Shown: positions 52,171-62,227, counted from the stretch's first letter. The stretch is DNA of 64,000 nucleotides from Halarcobacter sp. (GCA_048571215.1 CP182352.1:1376001-1440000); one strand, 5' to 3'. Notes: generated from the letters alone by a model not told the origin. Numbers and translations are program-made.

Positions 52171-53154
52171 CTATGAAAGTTTATTTGATATTTCTATTAA
52201 TTCTTTTAGTTTAGCTTTTGTTTTTCCTGAAACTATAGCTTCCCTTGCCATATCAATACCATCTTTAAAATCTCTAGCTTTTTCATCTACAATAAGTGCT
52301 GCTGCTGTATTTATTAAAACTATATCAAGTTTTGCACCTGTAATTTCATTTGATAGTATCTCTTTTGTTATAATTGCATTATCTTTTGCATCAGCACCTA
52401 AAATCTCATCTTTAGAATATAGTTTTAAACCATGATCTCTTGGGTCAACTATAAAATCATTTGTTCTTTGATTTTCTAATGTTGTTATATATGTTATATC
52501 ACTTATAGATATCTCATCCATACCATCTTTTGAACTAACAACCATTGCCCTTTGGGTATCTAATAAAGTTAAAGCTGTTATCATTCTATTGATATAACTT
52601 TCACTAAATACACCTATTAACTGTTTTGATACAGTTGCTGGATTTGATAAAGGACCCAAGATATTAAAAATAGTTCTGTGGGGTATAGATTTTCTAATAG
52701 GCATTATGTATTTCATTGCTGGATGATGATTTTGTGCAAACATAAAACAAAATCCTGCATCTTCAAGCATCTTAGCTGTATTATCAAAGGATAAATTTAG
52801 ATTTATACCCAATGCTTCAAGCATATCTGCACTACCAGATTTACTTGTAATACTTCTATTACCATGTTTTGCCACATAAGAACCACAAGCACTCAATACC
52901 AAAGAAACAGTTGTTGAGATATTAAAAGAGTTTGAATGATCTCCACCTGTACCACAATTGTCAATTATTTTCTCTTTTAAACTATAATGAACAGGTAAAG
53001 GGATGAGATGATCCCTCATAGCACTTGCTGCTGCTGCAATCTCTGCTGCTGTTTCTCCCCTGTTATGTAATTCAATTAGGTATTCTCTAACTTCTTCTTC
53101 AGGCAATTTATTCTCAAAAATATCATCAAATTTTAATTTCGCCATATTAAACAT
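52171..53154 (-). CDS. trpD: Anthranilate phosphoribosyltransferase
   Basis: DNCGTGGD, FNIST, KHGNRSITSKSGSAD, FNILGPL, DGMDE. Confidence 0.96.
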   Translation of the reverse strand: MFNMAKLKFDDIFENKLPEEEVREYLIELHNRGETAAEIAAAASAMRDHLIPLPVHYSLKEKIIDNCGTGGDHSNSFNISTTVSLVLSACGSYVAKHGNRSITSKSGSADMLEALGINLNLSFDNTAKMLEDAGFCFMFAQNHHPAMKYIMPIRKSIPHRTIFNILGPLSNPATVSKQLIGVFSESYINRMITALTLLDTQRAMVVSSKDGMDEISISDITYITTLENQRTNDFIVDPRDHGLKLYSKDEILGADAKDNAIITKEILSNEITGAKLDIVLINTAAALIVDEKARDFKDGIDMAREAIVSGKTKAKLKELIEISNKLS

Positions 53155-53157
53155 CTA

Positions 53158-53409
53158 TTATCCTTCTATCTTTTTTACATATTCAAACATTTTTGATTTA
53201 GGAGTTGATTTCGTAGTTGGTATTTGTAATACTTCAAATTTTTCAATTCGTTCTAAATATTGTATTTGAATTATATCCCCTACTTTAACCTCTTTGGATT
53301 TTTTTACCACTTGTTCATTTATATAAACTACATTATGGGCTAGCATATCTTCTGCAACCGCTCGTCTTTTTGTAATATTAACTGCATTTAAATATTTATC
53401 TATTCTCAT
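53158..53409 (-). CDS. RNA-binding S4 domain protein (Hsp15/YabO-like)
   Basis: MRIDKYL..ITKRR..K.SKEVKVGDII. Confidence 0.9.
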   Translation of the reverse strand: MRIDKYLNAVNITKRRAVAEDMLAHNVVYINEQVVKKSKEVKVGDIIQIQYLERIEKFEVLQIPTTKSTPKSKMFEYVKKIEG

Positions 53410-53476
53410 AAACGAGATTATAGCTAAGTTTAGATAAAATACACTTCAAAAAATAATCAATATTTTAGGATAAGTT

Positions 53477-54712
53477 ATGAATAAAAAAGAAGTTAAAAAA
53501 GTTGTACTAGCTTACAGTGGAGGCTTAGATACATCAATTATTTTAAAATGGTTACAAGATGAATATAATGCAGAAGTTATAACATTTACTGCTGATTTAG
53601 GCCAAGGTGAAGAGGTTGAACCAGCAAGACAAAAAGCGCTTGCTTGTGGAATAAAACCAGAAAATATTTTTATTTTAGATATAAAAGAAGAGTTTGTAAA
53701 AGATTATGTTTTCCCAATGTTTAGAGCTAATGCTATATATGAAGGTGAGTATCTATTAGGTACGTCAATTGCAAGACCATTAATCTCTAAAAAACAAATA
53801 GAAATAGCAAATAAAATGGGGGCAGATGCGGTATCACATGGTGCTACAGGTAAAGGGAATGATCAAGTTAGATTTGAACTTGGATATTTATCATTAAATC
53901 CAGATATTACTGTTATTGCTCCTTGGAGAGAATGGGATTTAAACTCAAGAGAAAAACTTTTAGCATATGCTAAAGAAAATGGTATTGAGATCTCTAAAAA
54001 ACATCTTGATGAAGATGGAAATCCAAAAGTAAGTCCATATTCTATGGATGCAAATCTATTACATATTTCATATGAGGGATTACATTTAGAAAATCCAAAT
54101 AATGAGCCAGAAGATTCTATGTGGTTATGGACTACATCTCCTGAAAAAGCTCCAGATGAAGCTGAGTATATTACAATTGGATATAAAAATGGAGATCCAA
54201 TCTCAATAAATGGTGAAGAGATGTCTCCTGCAACTATTTTAAAAACTTTAAATGAGTATGGAAATAAACATGGTATAGGAAGAGTTGATATTGTTGAGAA
54301 TAGATATGTGGGTATGAAAGCTAGAGGTTGTTATGAAACTCCAGGTGGAACTATCATGTTAAAAGCTCATAGAGCAATTGAATCTATTTGCTTAGATAGA
54401 GAAGAAGCTCATTTAAAAGATGAACTTATGCCAAAATATGCAAAACTTATCTATCAGGGATACTGGTTCTCTCCTGAAAGAGAGATGATGCAAGCAGCAA
54501 TAGATGCAACTCAAAAAAATGTTGAAGGTACAGTTAAACTTAAACTTTACAAAGGTAATGTAATGGTTGTGGGTAGAGATTCTAATAAATCTTTATACAA
54601 TGATGCTTACTCAACTTTTGAAGAGGATGAAGTTTATAATCAAAAAGATGCAGAAGGATTTATTAGACTTAATGCACTAAGATTTATAATCGCTGGAAAA
54701 ACAAGAAAATAA
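53477..54712 (+). CDS. argG: Argininosuccinate synthase
   Basis: [29 protein letters not shown]. Confidence 0.98.
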   Translation: MNKKEVKKVVLAYSGGLDTSIILKWLQDEYNAEVITFTADLGQGEEVEPARQKALACGIKPENIFILDIKEEFVKDYVFPMFRANAIYEGEYLLGTSIARPLISKKQIEIANKMGADAVSHGATGKGNDQVRFELGYLSLNPDITVIAPWREWDLNSREKLLAYAKENGIEISKKHLDEDGNPKVSPYSMDANLLHISYEGLHLENPNNEPEDSMWLWTTSPEKAPDEAEYITIGYKNGDPISINGEEMSPATILKTLNEYGNKHGIGRVDIVENRYVGMKARGCYETPGGTIMLKAHRAIESICLDREEAHLKDELMPKYAKLIYQGYWFSPEREMMQAAIDATQKNVEGTVKLKLYKGNVMVVGRDSNKSLYNDAYSTFEEDEVYNQKDAEGFIRLNALRFIIAGKTRK

Positions 54713-54815
54713 ACTTAATAAGAAATCTATATTATTTAATTACTTTTTTTATAAGCCTAGTGGGTATATAATCCCACTATTGGCACTTACTCAATACCTT
54801 TTTTAAAGGAGACTT

Positions 54816-55940
54816 TTGAACTACTTAGATGATTTAAAAACTATAATAAATATTAATTCCTATACCCACAACAAATATGGTGTAGATGAAGTTGGAAAAT
54901 ATATGTCTTTATGGTTAAATCAATTGGGATTTAAACAAACTGTATTCAAAAGAGAACTAATTGGAGATCATTTATTATTTCAAAGTGAAAAAATGCCAGG
55001 TTCTAAAATACTTTTTTTAGGTCACAATGACACAGTATTTCCAGAAGGATACTTTGAAGGGTTTCATGAAGATGATGAGTGGGTATATGGACCAGGTGTT
55101 TGTGACATGAAAGGTGGTAATATAGTTGCCTTGCAAGCTTTACGAAATATATATAAAAAAAATAAACAAATTTATAATATAGATTTTCTACTTGTATCAG
55201 ATGAAGAAACAGGAAGTGATGACTCTAAAGTTTTAACAGAATCAATAGCTAAAAATTATGATTATTGTTTTGTATTTGAAGCAGCAGGAGAGAACTTAGA
55301 ACTAGTAACAGCTAGAAAAGGTCTTGGAAGATATATAATAAAAGTTGAAGGGAAAGCTGCTCATGCAGGGACCTCATACAACAAAGGGATTAATGCTAAT
55401 TTAGAAGCTGCAATTAAACTTCAAAAATATTCAAACTTAACAGATATAAAAAAAGAAACAATTGTTAATATAGGTACAATCAATGGAGGTATGGGAATAA
55501 ATACTGTTTCTCCACACTGTCAAATGGAGATGGAATTTAGATTTAATTGTTATAAAGAACAAGAAAGAATTGTAAATGAAGTTGAAAGAATCACAAATAC
55601 CTCATATATAAAAGGAACTAAATCTTATGCTCATGGTTTAGTTCAAAGATCTGTTATGGAAGAAACAAAAGAACAATTAGATTTAATATCTTTAATAGAA
55701 TCAATCACAAAAGAGAAAATCTTGATTGAACATCGTGGTGGAGTAAGTGATGCTAATATTGTAGCTTCTTGTGGTACTACTACTTTAGATGGCTTTGGTC
55801 CTTTTGGGGACAATGACCATACTCTAAATGAAAGAGCCTTAAAAAGTTCATTTGAACAAAGAATAGATATGGTAACAAAAATTTTAAACTATTTTCAAAA
55901 AAATATAGAAAAAGGGATTATATATGATTATGAAATTTAA
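54816..55940 (+). CDS. M20 family metallopeptidase (glutamate carboxypeptidase/ArgE-DapE-like)
   Basis: GHNDTVF, GPGVCDMKGG, DEETGS, GKAAHAG, GGVSDAN, DHT.NE; TTG start with AGGAG. Confidence 0.9.
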   Translation: MNYLDDLKTIININSYTHNKYGVDEVGKYMSLWLNQLGFKQTVFKRELIGDHLLFQSEKMPGSKILFLGHNDTVFPEGYFEGFHEDDEWVYGPGVCDMKGGNIVALQALRNIYKKNKQIYNIDFLLVSDEETGSDDSKVLTESIAKNYDYCFVFEAAGENLELVTARKGLGRYIIKVEGKAAHAGTSYNKGINANLEAAIKLQKYSNLTDIKKETIVNIGTINGGMGINTVSPHCQMEMEFRFNCYKEQERIVNEVERITNTSYIKGTKSYAHGLVQRSVMEETKEQLDLISLIESITKEKILIEHRGGVSDANIVASCGTTTLDGFGPFGDNDHTLNERALKSSFEQRIDMVTKILNYFQKNIEKGIIYDYEI

Positions 55941-56424
55941 AGAGTTTTATCCAAAAATCGATTCAAAAGCTTGGATAGCACCAAGTGCTGATCTAATTGG
56001 AGATATACAAATAGGTGAAGACTCTTCTGTTTGGTTTGGCTGTGTATTAAGAGCAGATGTAAATCAAATTAGAATTGGAAAAAGAACCAATATTCAAGAT
56101 TTGTCTATGATTCACACAGATACACATACTAAAACAATTCTTGGAAATAATGTAACTATAGGTCATAAAGTGATGCTTCATGGTTGTGAGGTGCAAGATA
56201 ATTGTCTTATTGGTATGAGTGCAACCATTTTAGATAATGCAGTTATAGGTGAAGGTTCAATAGTTGGTGCAAATTCACTTGTAACACAAGGAAAAAAATT
56301 CCCTCCAAGAAGCTTGATAATGGGAAGTCCAGCAAAGGTAGTAAAAGAGCTAACACAAGATGATGTTGATGGTTTAATTAAGCATGCTGCACATTATGTG
56401 GAGTATAAAAACGAGTATTGTTAA
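55924..56424 (+). CDS. Gamma-carbonic-anhydrase family (hexapeptide repeat) protein
   Basis: LRADVN, NIQD..IH, IGHKVMLHGC, GSPAK. Confidence 0.92.
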   Translation: MIMKFKEFYPKIDSKAWIAPSADLIGDIQIGEDSSVWFGCVLRADVNQIRIGKRTNIQDLSMIHTDTHTKTILGNNVTIGHKVMLHGCEVQDNCLIGMSATILDNAVIGEGSIVGANSLVTQGKKFPPRSLIMGSPAKVVKELTQDDVDGLIKHAAHYVEYKNEYC

Positions 56425-56425
56425 A

Positions 56426-56617
56426 TTATTTTGAGTGTGATTTAACACAAATAAGTTTTATTTCATACTCTCCTGTTCTAAAATTAAGTCTTTTTTCTAT
56501 TTTAAAATCATCTCCATTTTTAATACATTGTTCTTTTTGAGACTCCATAGATTCAGCACAAGCACTAAATAAAATTACTATAAAAAAAGATAAAAATATA
56601 TAGATAATTTTTTTCAT
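56426..56617 (-). CDS. Small lipoprotein
   Basis: MKK + hydrophobic + FSAC lipobox; two further Cys; AAGGAG SD. Confidence 0.8.
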   Translation of the reverse strand: MKKIIYIFLSFFIVILFSACAESMESQKEQCIKNGDDFKIEKRLNFRTGEYEIKLICVKSHSK

Positions 56618-56627
56618 AATAGCTCCT

Positions 56628-57014
56628 TTATAATCTGTTGTCTAATATCTCCATAGAATAATTAACTAATTTTTTTATATCAAAGGGTTTAGGTAAGCAT
56701 TTTGTAACACCAAGTTTTTCTAATTGTGCTATAACTTCTGTATTATATGCAGATGTAACTATTGTTGGCATATTAGGAGATAATTCTTTTATATCTTCTA
56801 ACATTGAGATTCCATCTTTAATTGGCATTACAATATCAGTAATAACCAAGTCGATATTGTCATTTGCAAATTTTTCAAATCCATCATGTCCATTTTTTGC
56901 AACAATAACATTAAAAATATATTTCAAACAACCCTCAACATTTTGTCTAATAATATCTTCATCTTCTACATACAATAATGTAAATTTTTTAGGGGTATTA
57001 GATATATTATTCAT
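56628..57014 (-). CDS. Single-domain (CheY-like) response regulator
   Basis: LLYVEDE, ITDIVMP, VTSA, KPF; ATG 57014 has AGGAGG SD (ORF track start 57032). Confidence 0.9.
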   Translation of the reverse strand: MNNISNTPKKFTLLYVEDEDIIRQNVEGCLKYIFNVIVAKNGHDGFEKFANDNIDLVITDIVMPIKDGISMLEDIKELSPNMPTIVTSAYNTEVIAQLEKLGVTKCLPKPFDIKKLVNYSMEILDNRL

Positions 57015-57061
57015 GATAAACCTCCTAGTCATAATTCAATTATAATCTAAAAAGGTATCAC

Positions 57062-57121
57062 AATAGTATTATTTTATATTAAATAGTATTATTTTATATT
57101 AAATAGTATTATTTTATATTA
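57062..57121. repeat. Exact tandem repeat, 3 x 20 bp AATAGTATTATTTTATATTA
   Basis: Copies at 57062, 57082, 57102; last copy overlaps the stop codon of 57109..57852. Confidence 0.97.
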
Positions 57122-57852
57122 AGTCGATAGCCAAAACCATAAATATTTTCAATATCAAGTTCTGGGATCTTTTTTCTTAGCCTTGAAACAATGTTTTTTA
57201 AGTTTGAGATTGTTGGAGAACTATTATCATCATCCATCCACAAATAGTTTAAAAGCTCTTCAAGAGTGTGGGTTTTTTCACTATATTTTAGTAGTAGCTC
57301 AAGTAGCATTATCTCTTTTTTTGTAAGTTTAATATTTTCATCATTCAAAAAAATCTGTTTTGTTTGTTTATTCCAATATAAATTTTTATCTATATAAACT
57401 ATATTTTTTTCAACTCCATCATCAGTATCTTTGGCTTTTATATCTTTTAACTTTAAATATATTGTATTTACAAACTTATCATAATCTAAAGGTTTAGTAA
57501 TAAATTGTGATATTCCTAAATTTATTAACTCTAAGAGATAGTGCGATTCACTATGGGCTGACAAGACTATCAACACTTGCTCGTCATTTTGCTTATATAC
57601 AAGTTTTGTAAACTCAATTCCATCAAGTATTGGCATTTGGATATCTGTTATTACAAAATCATAATAGCTATTTGTCTCTTTTTTATAATTAAGATACTTT
57701 TCAAAGCCCTCTTGCCCATTTTTTGCAGTATCAACTTTAGGAAAAATCAATCCAAGAAGTTCAGAAGTTTCTTTTAAAATATTTTCATCATCTTCAACAA
57801 AAAGTACACTTTTATCTTTTGCAAACTCCTCTAATAAAATATAATCAATCAA
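57109..57852 (-). CDS. OmpR-family response regulator
   Basis: LFVEDD, ITDIQMP, LSAH, TKP; LTKKE..SRLRKK..YGFGYRL; TTG start with AGGAG. Confidence 0.93.
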   Translation of the reverse strand: MIDYILLEEFAKDKSVLFVEDDENILKETSELLGLIFPKVDTAKNGQEGFEKYLNYKKETNSYYDFVITDIQMPILDGIEFTKLVYKQNDEQVLIVLSAHSESHYLLELINLGISQFITKPLDYDKFVNTIYLKLKDIKAKDTDDGVEKNIVYIDKNLYWNKQTKQIFLNDENIKLTKKEIMLLELLLKYSEKTHTLEELLNYLWMDDDNSSPTISNLKNIVSRLRKKIPELDIENIYGFGYRLNIK

Positions 57853-57923
57853 TTTTATCTCCTAACAAGTAATTTTTAATTATACTAAAAATAATATTTT
57901 ATTCTTTTTAGTTGGTAAATACA

Positions 57924-58961
57924 ATGGCTAGTAAACTTTTTAGTAATTTTTTTAATAATACAATTGAAGGTATTATAATCATAGAAGATGGTTTTATAGT
58001 TGATTTAAATGAATCTATGTTAAATATATTAAATTATAATTCAAAAGATGATTTGATAGGAAAGCTTGCTACTGGTATTTTAATGCCTACAATTAACCAC
58101 AAGTTTATGCAATACAACAACTCAACTTTTGAAGAGATATCTTTAGTATCAAAAGATGCAAATATAATCCCTGCAATAATAAAAATCAAAGATATACAAG
58201 ATGATGATAAGTTTTATAAAATGGTTTTTGTTTTAGATTTAACAGACTTAAAAGAGAAAGAAACACTACTTTTAGAACAATCAAGAATGGCGGCAATGGG
58301 TGAGATGATATCTATGATAGCCCACCAGTGGAGGCAACCTTTATCCTCTATTGCAGCAGCTATTTCAACACTTAAACTAAGAATCAAAATGAAAAAAATG
58401 CATACAGAGGATTTTGAAGAAAAAGTAACAGATATAGATAAATACCTCTATTATATGTCAAAAACAATAGATGATTTTAGAAATTTTTTTAAAACAAATT
58501 CTGATAAAAAAGAGTTGATAAGTATAAATAGTGTTGTTGATATGTCTTTAGAATTGATAGAAAAAGTTTTCATAAATAATGGCGTAAAGATAATAAACTC
58601 TAAAAATAGACTACAAGCACTACTTATATATAAAAGTGAACTTCTACAAGTTATTTTAAATATCTTAAATAATTCAAAAGATGCTTTTAAAGAAAACAAT
58701 ATCACAAATGCAATTATCAATATAGATTATAAAGAGAATGAAAACTTCCAAGAGTTGATTATATCTGATAATGCTGGAGGAATCCCTACAAATATAATTG
58801 ACCACATATTTGACCCATATTTTTCAACAAAAGATAAGAAAAATGGTACAGGTTTGGGTTTATATATGTGTAAGATTATTATTGAAAAACATTTTGATGG
58901 AACAATAATAGCTTCAAATAGTAAAGAAGGAGCTAGCTTTACTATAAGTATAAAAAAATAA
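57924..58961 (+). CDS. Cytoplasmic PAS-like histidine kinase
   Basis: IAHQWRQPL, DNAGG, GTGLGLY; divergent from RR; ATG 57924 (or TTG 57912). Confidence 0.9.
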   Translation: MASKLFSNFFNNTIEGIIIIEDGFIVDLNESMLNILNYNSKDDLIGKLATGILMPTINHKFMQYNNSTFEEISLVSKDANIIPAIIKIKDIQDDDKFYKMVFVLDLTDLKEKETLLLEQSRMAAMGEMISMIAHQWRQPLSSIAAAISTLKLRIKMKKMHTEDFEEKVTDIDKYLYYMSKTIDDFRNFFKTNSDKKELISINSVVDMSLELIEKVFINNGVKIINSKNRLQALLIYKSELLQVILNILNNSKDAFKENNITNAIINIDYKENENFQELIISDNAGGIPTNIIDHIFDPYFSTKDKKNGTGLGLYMCKIIIEKHFDGTIIASNSKEGASFTISIKK

Positions 58962-58980
58962 AAAGAGAAAATCTCTTTTT
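58960..58980. terminator. Short bidirectional terminator-like hairpin
   Basis: AAAAAGAGA-AAA-TCTCTTTTT between convergent stops. Confidence 0.55.
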
Positions 58981-59896
58981 ATTTAGGGTAAGCTTCACCT
59001 AGTTTTCTATAAAGTTCTTCAAAACTAACATTTTCCATATCATCTAAGATTCTCACCATAACAACATTATCTTCATCCCCATTCCAAACTTTTATATAAG
59101 TACCCTCTTTATATCCATGATCTTGTCTAAATTTATTTAAACAATTTTTACCAATATATAATTTTTGTAGCCAAGTAAAAGATAAGCCAGATATTTTACA
59201 ACATCTAAAAAATTGGTCAATAAACCTTTCAATTCCACTAAAGGTTGGCATATTTCCAGTTTCAATAGCCAAAGAGATATAAGATAATTTTTCAGCCTCT
59301 TTAACCATAAGTTTAACATCAACATCAACAACAGGTTCATATATACAATGGGTATTTACTAAAGATACAGCTCTTGGTACATTTGTTTCTTGTAATATAT
59401 ATGACATCAAGAAGTGCCAAATATCAACAAGTTCAACATGAATATTATTCATGTCAGGTGCAGAGTTAATATTTTTCCAGTGTTTCCAAGGTGTTGAGTC
59501 AATAAGTTCAGCTACTTCCATATGGATACATCGAAGCCAATTAATATCTTTTTGAAATTTATTTACACCCAATTCCCAATTTTTACCATTTGTAGAATCA
59601 TTTAATTGTTTTTGTAATAAAAACATCTCTTCTAATTTATGGGGAAATGATGATGCCTCTTCTAAAAGTTCTGCTAAAGGAAGACACTCTTCAATCAAAC
59701 TATCTAAGGTTGCATTATTTGGAAGGTCATGCTCCCCTTTTAAAAGATGAATTATTAATGATACTATATAAGGTACTTCATCTTTTTCTTCCCATTCTAA
59801 AATATCAGATGGTGTAACACCAATATATCGTACAAAATCCTCAATACTTAAAAAACCTAATATTCTAATACTATCTTTTAACTCTTTATATAACAA
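58979..59896 (-). CDS. dut: Dimeric all-alpha dUTPase with N-terminal HTH-like extension
   Basis: LQKQLND, CIHMEVAELIDSTPWKHWK, ELVDIWHF, KNCLNKFRQDHGY, EDN; likely TTG start 59896 after AGGAG (ORF track 59911). Confidence 0.9.
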   Translation of the reverse strand: MLYKELKDSIRILGFLSIEDFVRYIGVTPSDILEWEEKDEVPYIVSLIIHLLKGEHDLPNNATLDSLIEECLPLAELLEEASSFPHKLEEMFLLQKQLNDSTNGKNWELGVNKFQKDINWLRCIHMEVAELIDSTPWKHWKNINSAPDMNNIHVELVDIWHFLMSYILQETNVPRAVSLVNTHCIYEPVVDVDVKLMVKEAEKLSYISLAIETGNMPTFSGIERFIDQFFRCCKISGLSFTWLQKLYIGKNCLNKFRQDHGYKEGTYIKVWNGDEDNVVMVRILDDMENVSFEELYRKLGEAYPK

Positions 59897-59981
59897 ACTA
59901 CTCTCCTGCATTACAAAAAATGAAAATACATTTTACATAAAAAATGCTTTACAACAAATCTTTTAATTTAGTTTTAACTAA

Positions 59982-61466
59982 TTAAAGGGGAAGTTCAATA
60001 GTAAAAATAGCTCCAAGCTTAGAGTTACTTACACTTAGTTTTCCTAAACAATGTTTTTCAATAATTGTTTTACACATATAAAGCCCTAAGCCAGTTCCAT
60101 TTTTATCATTTTTTGTTGAAAAATATGGTTCAAAAACCTTTTTTATAAAAGCTTTATCAATTCCACCTGCATTATCTTCAATCTGTAAAATTAGATTATT
60201 TTTTTCTTTATAATATTTTATATTAATAATTTTATCTTTTATATCTCTATGTAATAATACATCTCTAGAATTTTTTAAAATATTTATTAATACTTGAATT
60301 GTTTCATTAACATAAAGTTCAAGTACAATATCCTTTTGCTTTTCTACATTAATTTTAATACCATCAGTTTTAAACATAAAAGCCATAAAATCTAAAGTTC
60401 TATTGATAATCTCTTGAATACTAATTTTATCTTTTATCTTATTTGGCATAAAGAAATCTCTAAAATCATCAATAGTTTTACTCATATAATTAAGTTGCTT
60501 AGCAATATCCCCAATTACTTGATTTAATAACTTTTCAGAAATTTTTCCATCTGTCATCATACTTATAGGAAGTTTTTGACTTAAGATTGAAACAGCTTGT
60601 AAAGGTTGTCTCCATTGGTGGGCTATCATAGATATCATCTCACCCATAGCAGCTGATTTTGATTGTTCTATCAAGATATCTTGCTGCTCTTCTAATTCTT
60701 TTTGTGGTGTGATATCCTGACTTACTGCATGAAAAGACTCTATTATAGAATCTTCATTAAACTGAGGCATCACTCTTATATCTACCCAAAAAGAGCTTCC
60801 ATCTTTCTTTTTATTTTTGATTTCACCATGCCAAATATCACCTTTTGTAATAGTGTTCCAAAGCTCTTTAAATACTTCTTCTTTTGTATCAGGATGATTA
60901 AGGATATTATGATTTTTACCTATCAACTCATCTTTTGTATAACCTGAAATATCACAAAAAGCTTGTGTAACATCAGTTATAATCCCTTTAGTATCAGTTG
61001 TAGAAATAATTATATATTCATGGATAAGGCTTTCTGATTTGTTTAATTTTATTTCAAAATCTTTTATTCTTCTTGAATAAGATTTTAAAACTTTTACAAA
61101 ATTTTTTTCATGTATACATGTGATTTCATCAATCAACTCATATGAGAGTACCTCTTTTTGATTAAAACAATAAATAATTGAGTTTTTAAAAGCAGAAAAA
61201 AATAAAAAAAACTCAGAAGTGCTTATACCTCTATCTTTTAACAAAACTAAAAAATCTTCTAGTACTTCACACTCAATTATATCTTTATTATTTTCTATAC
61301 TTTTTATATATGAATTTAAAATAAGCAAAGCATATTGTTTTAAAAAAACCTTTAAACTAATATCATGCTTTTCAAGTATTTCAGAAACCTCTTTATCTTT
61401 AACCCAATGCCTTAAAATATCAATTTTTTTTTCTTTTAATATATAGCTATATTTGGATAGCATCAT
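59982..61466 (-). CDS. Cytoplasmic histidine kinase (N-terminal helical domain + PAS)
   Basis: NHNILNHPD PAS, IAHQWRQPL, DNAGG, GTGLGLY. Confidence 0.92.
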   Translation of the reverse strand: MMLSKYSYILKEKKIDILRHWVKDKEVSEILEKHDISLKVFLKQYALLILNSYIKSIENNKDIIECEVLEDFLVLLKDRGISTSEFFLFFSAFKNSIIYCFNQKEVLSYELIDEITCIHEKNFVKVLKSYSRRIKDFEIKLNKSESLIHEYIIISTTDTKGIITDVTQAFCDISGYTKDELIGKNHNILNHPDTKEEVFKELWNTITKGDIWHGEIKNKKKDGSSFWVDIRVMPQFNEDSIIESFHAVSQDITPQKELEEQQDILIEQSKSAAMGEMISMIAHQWRQPLQAVSILSQKLPISMMTDGKISEKLLNQVIGDIAKQLNYMSKTIDDFRDFFMPNKIKDKISIQEIINRTLDFMAFMFKTDGIKINVEKQKDIVLELYVNETIQVLINILKNSRDVLLHRDIKDKIINIKYYKEKNNLILQIEDNAGGIDKAFIKKVFEPYFSTKNDKNGTGLGLYMCKTIIEKHCLGKLSVSNSKLGAIFTIELPL

Positions 61467-61639
61467 TATTTTTTATTTTTTTGTTGAAAGAAAGTACAAT
61501 CAATTCCACTACTATTTTTTACAACAACAGAGGGTAATTGTTTTGATTTAAATCCATACGCCTTGCAACCATGGGGCTTCATTGGTTGCCAAGTAACAAA
61601 ATAATAAATACATCTTTGACAAACTATTCTTTGTGTCAT
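61466..61639 (-). CDS. Small Cys-rich protein (57 aa)
   Basis: Not in ORF track. MTQRIVCQRCIYYFVTWQPMKPHGCKAYGFKSKQLPSVVVKNSSGIDCTFFQQKNKK; AGGA SD; TAATG overlap with kinase. Confidence 0.8.
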   Translation of the reverse strand: MTQRIVCQRCIYYFVTWQPMKPHGCKAYGFKSKQLPSVVVKNSSGIDCTFFQQKNKK

Positions 61640-61654
61640 TAATTCTTTTCCTAC

Positions 61655-62227
61655 TTAAATATTTACTTTACTTTGAATCGCTTTTGCTAAAGATAAAATA
61701 TCAACATTTTCTAAACTAACCCCAGTGGGTACACCTTGTGCAATTTTACTAAAAGTGATATTTTTATCTTTTAATTTATCTTCTATATATAAAATAAAAG
61801 CATCATTTGATAATGAAGGTGTGATTGCAAAAAGAACATCCTTTACAAGATTTTCTTTTGTAAATTCTAATAATCTCTCTATATTTGATGGTTCTAACTC
61901 CTCTATTACAAAATAAACCCCATCAAACTGTCTAGACTCTTCAATAATAAAAATATCTTTTGCACTTTGTACTATACAAACTTTTGTATGATCTTTATTG
62001 TCATCTAAACAAATTTCACATATTTCATGTTCACTCATAGAACCACACTTGATACATTTTTTTATATTTTTTAGTGCATTTTCAATACTATGAGCTATTT
62101 TTATACCTGCATAATTATCATTCATAACTATATGATATGCTAATCTCAATGCTGATTTTTTACCAATAGTTGGTAATGATTCAAATGCATCAACTAAATC
62201 ATAAAATTTTTCTAATCCTTTTTTCAT
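61655..62227 (-). CDS. recR: Recombination mediator RecR
   Basis: LPTIGKKSALRLAY, C4 Zn finger, Toprim, IAQGVPTG. Confidence 0.96.
   Translation of the reverse strand: MKKGLEKFYDLVDAFESLPTIGKKSALRLAYHIVMNDNYAGIKIAHSIENALKNIKKCIKCGSMSEHEICEICLDDNKDHTKVCIVQSAKDIFIIEESRQFDGVYFVIEELEPSNIERLLEFTKENLVKDVLFAITPSLSNDAFILYIEDKLKDKNITFSKIAQGVPTGVSLENVDILSLAKAIQSKVNI

Noticed and set aside
57062..57121. Possible CRISPR array
   Set aside because: Units are directly adjacent with no spacers, and there are no cas genes
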